Source of the DNA: an uncultured virus (IMG/VR IMGVR_UViG_3300035181_000699)
Taxonomy: Duplodnaviria; Heunggongvirae; Uroviricota; Caudoviricetes
DNA length: 64,000 bases
Virus record (IMG/VR): IMGVR_UViG_3300035181_000699
Reading direction: 5' to 3' (one strand)
Both the position numbers and the translations under genes were made by a program. Below are positions 58,049-64,000 of this stretch, piece by piece (the first letter of the stretch is position 1; each line of letters opens with the position of its first letter). Below the pieces are notes generated by a model. It did not search any database and was not told where the DNA came from. It worked only from the letters and a program-made list of their open reading frames with translations.

Positions 58049-58630
58049 ATGGCGAGCAAGAAAAGCCCAGTAGGGCCACACAAAGGACCGAACTTTGAAA
58101 GGGAGCTTTGCCGGAGGTTTTCCCTGTGGATTTCTAATGGGAAAACTAAGGACATCTTGTGGCGCACCCATGGTTCTGGGGGATTCGCTACTAACTTGAG
58201 GAAGCAGGGCAGAGTTGCCCACTTTCAGGGCGGGGATATTGGTCTCTTAGACCCTCAAAACGCAACTGGCATAGAATTCCTGCAGAACTTCATTGTAGAA
58301 GCCAAGCACCTACAGATGCAGTATTTCTGGCCAGGAGCTGCAGGCTGGCTTATGTTAGAAAAGTTTTGGACAAAGGTTAATAAGGAGGGCGAAGGAAGAG
58401 TTCCTTTGCTTGTAGTGAAGATTAACTTTCAAGAAACGCTGGTGTTCATGCCTACGCCAATTTGGCGAGCACTCCAGGCCATGGGAAACGACAACTGGAA
58501 TGGAACCATGTATTTCCCCAACTACAAAGGCAGGGTGGGCTTTGTTACGTTGGACTTCCTGCTGAAGAAATGTGATTATCAAAGTGTTCTAATACTAGCC
58601 AAGCAGCTAGTTGAAAGGAGAAGTCAATGA
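58049..58630 (+). CDS. Holliday junction resolvase-like PD-(D/E)XK nuclease
   Basis: KGPNFERE, GDI and VEAK motifs. Confidence 0.8.
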   Translation: MASKKSPVGPHKGPNFERELCRRFSLWISNGKTKDILWRTHGSGGFATNLRKQGRVAHFQGGDIGLLDPQNATGIEFLQNFIVEAKHLQMQYFWPGAAGWLMLEKFWTKVNKEGEGRVPLLVVKINFQETLVFMPTPIWRALQAMGNDNWNGTMYFPNYKGRVGFVTLDFLLKKCDYQSVLILAKQLVERRSQ

Positions 58631-59232
58631 CAAGCCCCTTTAGAAGGCCTGATGGGCATAGGGTGAGTTTGTTGTATGCTGCTATTGTGGCGGCGCTGGT
58701 ATGCTCAAATGCTCTGTCTATAATCGTAGCCCTCAGACCAGCTCCTGTGAAGCCCACTGCAGTAGCTGTTCCTGACCCACCACCATTTTGGCCAGAACGC
58801 AAGAAGCTAGAATCCTATGTTCTAGCCAATTACAATGTGTACCCCAGTTATGTTTCCTATGTCTTTGACGCGGTAGAAAGCAATGCTAAGAAGTACAAGC
58901 TGCCGCCGGTATTTCTTCTTAGTGTTATCAGCGTGGAGTCTAGTTTCGACTTCGGCGCTGTCTCTAACAAGCAGTGTAAGGGTATGATGCAAATCAACTA
59001 CCCTATGTGGGCGTTAGAACTGAAGGCTGCTGGCATAGCAACTTCTGAAAAGCAGTTGTACGACCCCAAGGTTAATATAGAAGCAGGCAGTTATGTCCTT
59101 GCTAAACTGCTCAAACAGTGGAGTGACCCGGAGCTGGTATTGAGCAAGTACCTCGGTTGTAACAACAAGGATTACTCAAACAAAGTGCTCAATACCTGGG
59201 GGGAATACTCTCTCATCTGTACACTCAATTAG
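58627..59232 (+). CDS. Lytic transglycosylase (SLT) with N-terminal membrane anchor
   Basis: VESSF, GMMQI and DPKVNIEAGSYVL motifs. Confidence 0.9.
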   Translation: MTSPFRRPDGHRVSLLYAAIVAALVCSNALSIIVALRPAPVKPTAVAVPDPPPFWPERKKLESYVLANYNVYPSYVSYVFDAVESNAKKYKLPPVFLLSVISVESSFDFGAVSNKQCKGMMQINYPMWALELKAAGIATSEKQLYDPKVNIEAGSYVLAKLLKQWSDPELVLSKYLGCNNKDYSNKVLNTWGEYSLICTLN

Positions 59233-59241
59233 GAGAATCAA

Positions 59242-60513
59242 ATGGATATGGAAAAGTTGAAGGCATTAACTCCTCTAGAGGTGCTTATCTACTGGATGAA
59301 CGAACGCCATAACATCTATTTGAGGAGGCAGGCAGGGCAACCTTGGCCTTGGACCGACGACCCAATTTTGCAGAAGCACAAGTTTGCCAACGTCTTTAGG
59401 GAGTTGGACAAGACCACTAAGTGGATGAGGGAAAACATAACCAACCCCCACATAGACGACCCGCCTGAGCTGATGATATTCAATTGTGCGTTGTTTAGGA
59501 TGGTAGGAACAATTGAATACAGCCAGGCAATTGGTGGGTGGCAGGACCACTTTGACCCCGACAAGCTCATAGCAGTAGGGGAACAGCTGCATGCGGCAGG
59601 CAAGCCAGTGTTTACTGCCGCGTATATCGTAAGTGGCACCAATTCTGGCATCGGTAACAAACTCAAATTGGTGATTGAAGAGAACATGATGGCCCTTTGG
59701 CGCAAGCGCAAGGAGCTGGCTCAGATAGCAGCTGACACAAAGCGCATGAGCCAGGTGTTCAAAGCGCTGATTGAGCTGCCAGGATATGGCGGTTCTGGAT
59801 TTATGGCGTATGAGCTGGTGACTGACCTACGCTGGACACATGTGTTCGGGCCTGAAGGCCCAACTGACATAATGACTTGGAGTAACCCAGGCCCCGGAGC
59901 TAGGGAGGGATTGAATCTTATTCATAATAGACCACTCAACTTTAGGCTAAGGAACGACCTGCTGCTGGAGGAGATGCAGGAGTTGCTTACTACTTTGCCT
60001 TCTCAGCTGGGCCCACACATTCCTCCATTAGAGCTGAGAGACGTGGAACACTGTTTGTGTGAGCTGTCGAAGTACTGGCGATGCCTACAGGGTCTGGGGT
60101 CTACTAGGTCTTTGTATTATAATCCTGACGTTGGGATGCCAGAACCATTTGCCCCCAAAAAGCACAGGCCAACAACCGTTAAACCAGCAGAAGAAGTAGT
60201 CAATACCAGCTTGCTGAGCCGGATTAAACTGGCTTGGAAGGTTTTGTTGGGGGAAAGCCTCCCTGCTCCGCCAGTTAAACGGGGAAGAAGAGCTAGGAAG
60301 ACCGCGTTGCCTGAGCAGGAGTTCCCACAAGCGCAGCCCAATTGTGCGATTGACTTAGAGGATGTGCCCCCAGAACAGCCTGCAGATGAGTTAAAATTGA
60401 CTCCTCAGCCTGCTAAGCCAAAGCGTAGCCACCACAAGAAGAAAGACCCTAATGCCCCCCCAAGACGTCGGGGCAGGCCACCTAAGCACCGGCCTCCAGA
60501 AGGGTTGGTGTGA
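59242..60513 (+). CDS. aGPT-Pplase1 / 5-hmdU DNA kinase helical-domain family protein with AT-hook-bearing tail
   Basis: ER...PWTDDPIL...FANVFRE, GFMAYE...DL, GPGA and RDVEHCLCE motifs. Confidence 0.82.
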   Translation: MDMEKLKALTPLEVLIYWMNERHNIYLRRQAGQPWPWTDDPILQKHKFANVFRELDKTTKWMRENITNPHIDDPPELMIFNCALFRMVGTIEYSQAIGGWQDHFDPDKLIAVGEQLHAAGKPVFTAAYIVSGTNSGIGNKLKLVIEENMMALWRKRKELAQIAADTKRMSQVFKALIELPGYGGSGFMAYELVTDLRWTHVFGPEGPTDIMTWSNPGPGAREGLNLIHNRPLNFRLRNDLLLEEMQELLTTLPSQLGPHIPPLELRDVEHCLCELSKYWRCLQGLGSTRSLYYNPDVGMPEPFAPKKHRPTTVKPAEEVVNTSLLSRIKLAWKVLLGESLPAPPVKRGRRARKTALPEQEFPQAQPNCAIDLEDVPPEQPADELKLTPQPAKPKRSHHKKKDPNAPPRRRGRPPKHRPPEGLV

Positions 60514-60574
60514 TTTGGCTGCGAGCAGTATATAAGGCGGCATATATGAAAAGCTCCGGAGAGGAGGAGAGCGA

Positions 60575-61108
60575 ATGCGAGAAGGAGACAGATACTATCG
60601 GAACTTCGGCGGCAGTTGTGAATGCGGGAGCACCGAACTGATTGTGAGCCACGGGATACTCCAATGTGCCAACTGCTGGAAACCGCTTGCTACTTCGACT
60701 GGTGGTAGGGAGAAGAGCATGAACGAAGTCAAGCGTACCGAACGTGGTTGGGCTGGACATGTCATCTGGTCAGCGAGCCGTTGCCGCTTCCGGCGGAACA
60801 CTCTGTTGGAATGCGGCGACAAGCGAATCGTGGTCTCAACGGTTGGAGACTTGGAAAACGGCGAGCCGATAGGCCATAATCGTTACTACGAGACCAAGGC
60901 ATTCTGGGCCAAGAAGGACGGTGTCTACTGGGACGCTGACAAGGCGAAGGAGGTCCCTTTCGAGAGCCCGTGGTGTATCGGCACCTTATCTGGGACCTCG
61001 GATGACGAAGCTAACGATATGCACGAAGCCGTGGTGGCCGAATTGACCGAGTGGCTACGGCAAGGAGGAGAGCATGAAGCTGAAACGATGGGAAATCAGT
61101 CAGACTGA
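60575..61108 (+). CDS. Hypothetical phage protein (alternative start at 60719)
   Basis: GAGGAG RBS; ERGWAGH...RRNTLL segment. Confidence 0.55.
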   Translation: MREGDRYYRNFGGSCECGSTELIVSHGILQCANCWKPLATSTGGREKSMNEVKRTERGWAGHVIWSASRCRFRRNTLLECGDKRIVVSTVGDLENGEPIGHNRYYETKAFWAKKDGVYWDADKAKEVPFESPWCIGTLSGTSDDEANDMHEAVVAELTEWLRQGGEHEAETMGNQSD

Positions 61109-61286
61109 GGGTGAAGAGGGAGAATTGACGGCCATAATGTTTTACGGCCCCTGGCGCAACGGCGTCAATGCTGCGTTCACCATTTACCCAGGTAAGACAG
61201 CAGGGACACCGGAGTTTGTCGAATGGCTCTTGCAGAAGCTGAACGCGAAGCACAAACGCAGGGGCGGAACTTCGTGCGCGGCCTGA
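61074..61286 (+). CDS. Hypothetical protein
   Basis: AGGAGG RBS. Confidence 0.55.
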   Translation: MKLKRWEISQTEGEEGELTAIMFYGPWRNGVNAAFTIYPGKTAGTPEFVEWLLQKLNAKHKRRGGTSCAA

Positions 61287-61329
61287 TTGCTAACTGATGA
61301 TGTTTGGAGCAAACCAAAAGGAGGCAGAC

Positions 61330-61629
61330 ATGTTTGTTAACACAGGTGGTGGTAGTAACTCTTCAGCAACAGCAGTAGTACCAGAGGTCCAGCAAATCAT
61401 GAAGAGGTTAGATATCGAGCTTGATGAATTAGGGAAAGCAGTAGAGGCTCTTGGTGTTCGTCTGGACGTGGTAATGACAGGACCTCTACAACCAAATGAT
61501 AGTCAGCCGATTCCCGAGGCTGTTGCGCCAGCACGCTGTGCATTGGCTGCCACTTTGGAAAGACAGGTGGAGCGCGTGGCAGCGTACAGAGAAGACATAG
61601 ACGCTCTTAGAAGTCGGCTTCAAATCTAA
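61330..61629 (+). CDS. Hypothetical coiled-coil protein
   Basis: AAGGAGG RBS. Confidence 0.6.
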   Translation: MFVNTGGGSNSSATAVVPEVQQIMKRLDIELDELGKAVEALGVRLDVVMTGPLQPNDSQPIPEAVAPARCALAATLERQVERVAAYREDIDALRSRLQI

Positions 61630-61752
61630 GGCGCAGGCACTTCCCTGGCAGGACAGCCCTGCTCGGCCCAGAGAAGCTGGCGGAAGGGCAAAAAGCAGAG
61701 AATGACAGAGGCAAATCACAATAAATAGACTCGCTACATCTTGGGGGAACTG

Positions 61753-62340
61753 ATGGATTACAAAATCTTGAGCAATGCAGAAGCTGAGGCCCAGTATGCT
61801 GACTGGGCCAATATGTTTAAGGTGGACCGTCCTTTTCTGTCAGGTGCAGCTAACATTACACATAGGTTCGGTCAAGGTGAGGACTCTCTGGAGCACATAG
61901 TAATAGGTTATGGCAATAGAGTACTCAGCCTTGTTACATTTCATGTCGGACGGCGCAAGAGAGGCATATGGGGCCGGTACTTAAATGTGTACTACGCATA
62001 CACAATACCAGACTACAGGAGACTCGGTCTTGCCTCTAGTCTTATGCGGTCAGCTGAGGATATAGCTCGCAGCAAGGAAGCACACAGGATAAAGTCTATT
62101 GCAGGGTCTATCAGAGGGTTCTACTTGCATAGACACTTAGGCCATTCTATGTGGGGAGTTACTACAGAGGGCTCTATTATAGTTGACCACTACCTGGTCC
62201 CTGAGTATGACCTTCCAGGAGTGCCTCCAAATGTCTTAGGGTATGCTCCTGATACTAAGGGCACGTTGTCATACACTGAGGCAGAGAGCCTGTTCAGGGA
62301 GCACAAGGTAGGCAAGGCTTGGGCGCTCTTAGAGCAATAG
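61753..62340 (+). CDS. GNAT-family acetyltransferase
   Basis: YTIPDYRRLGLASSLM acetyl-CoA-binding motif A. Confidence 0.8.
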   Translation: MDYKILSNAEAEAQYADWANMFKVDRPFLSGAANITHRFGQGEDSLEHIVIGYGNRVLSLVTFHVGRRKRGIWGRYLNVYYAYTIPDYRRLGLASSLMRSAEDIARSKEAHRIKSIAGSIRGFYLHRHLGHSMWGVTTEGSIIVDHYLVPEYDLPGVPPNVLGYAPDTKGTLSYTEAESLFREHKVGKAWALLEQ

Positions 62341-62343
62341 TAC

Positions 62344-62403
62344 CCCCATCATACCCTACAGCCTGACTTTGTTTCATTGCGTCTCGAAGACGAGAGCGTG
62401 GAG
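62344..62403 (-). repeat. Dispersed ~60-bp element, copy 5 (copy 4 is a core-only match at about 41917-41950 inside the primase)
   Basis: Ungapped alignment to 4826-4885 and 36935-36993. Confidence 0.8.
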
Positions 62404-62406
62404 TTT

Positions 62407-63039
62407 TTAAGCCATCCTACGTTTCAATAGGCTCTTAGCAGTGGCTATACCCTGAGCAACCTTGGTAACTGGCTGGCTTAGCATAACAGCAATGTCTTCC
62501 GGGGACTTGCCAAGGTATAGACCCATCAATGCGCAGTCAGCAAGGAACTCATCCTCAAGCATGTTCATTAAGGAAGTATATACAGCAGCTCCTGGGTGAG
62601 TTATAAGCTGCTGCGCTGTGCGGCCATGCCTTTCTGTTTCTTCATCATACTCCTCTTCAGGAGGAACAGAATGTAGGCTTGGGTCCAGCCCCTTCTTTGT
62701 AGCATCGAGCATATAGTGGCGGAGATTGTTGGCTAGAGCATTGCGGAAGTATGGTATGAAAACAGCTTCATCATTTTCCATATTAAACTTGTTCAGACAC
62801 AATAACAATGTCAGACGTCCTTCTTGTATCAAGTCATCCTCTGTAACCCAAGGGGGGAGTTGGTGTTTGCTGAGCGTGTGGTAGACTGCTCTGTAAATCA
62901 TTGCTGCCAGTAGTTCTAAGATGGAGTCGAACGCCATTGGGTTACTTTCTGGGTAGTTTCTGTATAAGAAAATGTACTGCTTGATGACGGTGCTTACTCT
63001 GCAAGCCCTTTGCCACCTGTTTATGTTAGAGACAGCCAT
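62407..63039 (-). CDS. Phage-encoded sigma70-family sigma factor
   Basis: Region-2-like EDDLIQEG...FIPYF and C-terminal HTH (SPEDIAVML). Confidence 0.78.
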   Translation of the reverse strand: MAVSNINRWQRACRVSTVIKQYIFLYRNYPESNPMAFDSILELLAAMIYRAVYHTLSKHQLPPWVTEDDLIQEGRLTLLLCLNKFNMENDEAVFIPYFRNALANNLRHYMLDATKKGLDPSLHSVPPEEEYDEETERHGRTAQQLITHPGAAVYTSLMNMLEDEFLADCALMGLYLGKSPEDIAVMLSQPVTKVAQGIATAKSLLKRRMA

Positions 63040-63139
63040 ATACCCCTCCTAACAGCTATAGTATAATACAGGTTGCACAAAAAGGTAAGTTTACTTCTAT
63101 TCAACAGCGATTACTCATAGAATATATCGGAGACAATCG

Positions 63140-63487
63140 CTATAATTCTTTGTATGCAGCCTGCACCTGTTTCCTAGACTTTAGGATTTCTGCTCTAATT
63201 GCTTCGTCTCTATAGTACCAACTCCCCCTGTCTGCTTGGTACAGCTCTTTGCGCTTTTGTATTTCGTCTTCCTTTAGTCGAGTGACAAGGTTGTCTATTT
63301 CGTTCTCAGTCATCTTGGCCTTAATCAAAGGGGATATCTTCCGGTATTTACAGCACTGAATCCCATAGCAGTAGTCAAACATATAAAGCTCTCCGGAAGC
63401 CACTTTTATCTGTCTTTGTAGGCAGATACGCGGGTCTAGAGGGCTTGGGCGGTTAGCAGGGCATGGAATAAGAATTTTAGGCTTCAT
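63140..63487 (-). CDS. Hypothetical protein
   Basis: Coupled to the upstream stop codon; GGAG RBS. Confidence 0.55.
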   Translation of the reverse strand: MKPKILIPCPANRPSPLDPRICLQRQIKVASGELYMFDYCYGIQCCKYRKISPLIKAKMTENEIDNLVTRLKEDEIQKRKELYQADRGSWYYRDEAIRAEILKSRKQVQAAYKEL

Positions 63488-64000
63488 TAGAACTCCGGCG
63501 GTTTGTTTGAGGAGTACAAAGCCCTTGGTTTCCCTTCTCCATTCAGGACTCTTAGATACTTGTCCACCTCACAACACGCTCCTTCGATATCTCTCATCTC
63601 GAAAGCAGGTACATGTGGTTCTAGCCTGGTTACGGATGCTTTCAACAAATCCCTCATCATGTGAACACTTTCATCTTCCGGCAGTTGAGTCTTGAGAGGG
63701 AGGCCAAAAACTCTACACAGTCCTCGCTGCGCTCCTGGGCCTGCATTTGCCCAAGTCATGATATCAGTAGCATCTCGCAGGTAGTGGGTCCACCGCAGGT
63801 CTGTAGCGACCTCGTATGCCAGAAAGCCCCCCCAGCCTGGGTATGCTGCGAGCCGTTTAGTGAAACTACGGATGGTGTCATCTTTCCTTGGGGCAACATT
63901 ACCCCTGTCAACCCACAGTTGGTTTAGTACGCTTTTGACTGTGTACGTGGGTTTGTCATTGGTAACAGCGTATTCCCGCCAGATGTCTCCACGGAGCATG
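63487..64000 (-). CDS. Second aGPT-Pplase1-family paralogue (5' end probably outside the window)
   Basis: GFLAYEVATDLRWT, DIMTWANAGPGA and RDIEGACCEVDKY align to 59242..60513. Confidence 0.85.
   Translation of the reverse strand, partial: MLRGDIWREYAVTNDKPTYTVKSVLNQLWVDRGNVAPRKDDTIRSFTKRLAAYPGWGGFLAYEVATDLRWTHYLRDATDIMTWANAGPGAQRGLCRVFGLPLKTQLPEDESVHMMRDLLKASVTRLEPHVPAFEMRDIEGACCEVDKYLRVLNGEGKPRALYSSNKPPEF

Noticed and set aside
63060..63089. sigma70 promoter for the phage sigma gene (CTTACC-N18-TATACT, minus strand)
   Set aside because: Good -10 but weak -35 and a long spacer; too uncertain to list as a feature

Overview
This window is 64 kb of a tailed dsDNA phage genome with a contractile (myovirus-type) tail and an HK97-fold head. 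The host is probably diderm, since the phage encodes an outer-membrane beta-barrel. No integrase, tRNA, rRNA or CRISPR array was seen. Layout: (i) 1-3290 is a compositionally distinct block: a 14-bp tandem array, five leftward genes (three paralogues) under a near-consensus sigma70 promoter, five DnaA-box matches and a telomere-like (CCCTAA-type) array. (ii) 4031-38123 holds packaging, head, tail, baseplate and lysis genes, including a tail fibre with a poly-Thr tract and C-terminal Hint domain next to a glycosyltransferase. (iii) 38166-62340 holds replication and recombination genes plus a probable 5-hydroxymethyluracil/thymidine-hypermodification pathway (dUMP hydroxymethylase-like enzyme, HD hydrolase, Nmad1-like pyrophosphatase, P-loop kinase, aGPT-Pplase1-family enzyme with an AT-hook tail, GNAT). 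(iv) 62407-64000 holds leftward genes, including a phage sigma factor and a second aGPT-Pplase1 paralogue. The most striking unexplained signals are the putative first-ejected genome end, the Thr-tract/Hint/glycosyltransferase module, a ~60-bp element dispersed in five copies and a candidate middle-promoter motif. All product calls come from motif recognition by eye, and all counts are hand counts; no database searches were run.
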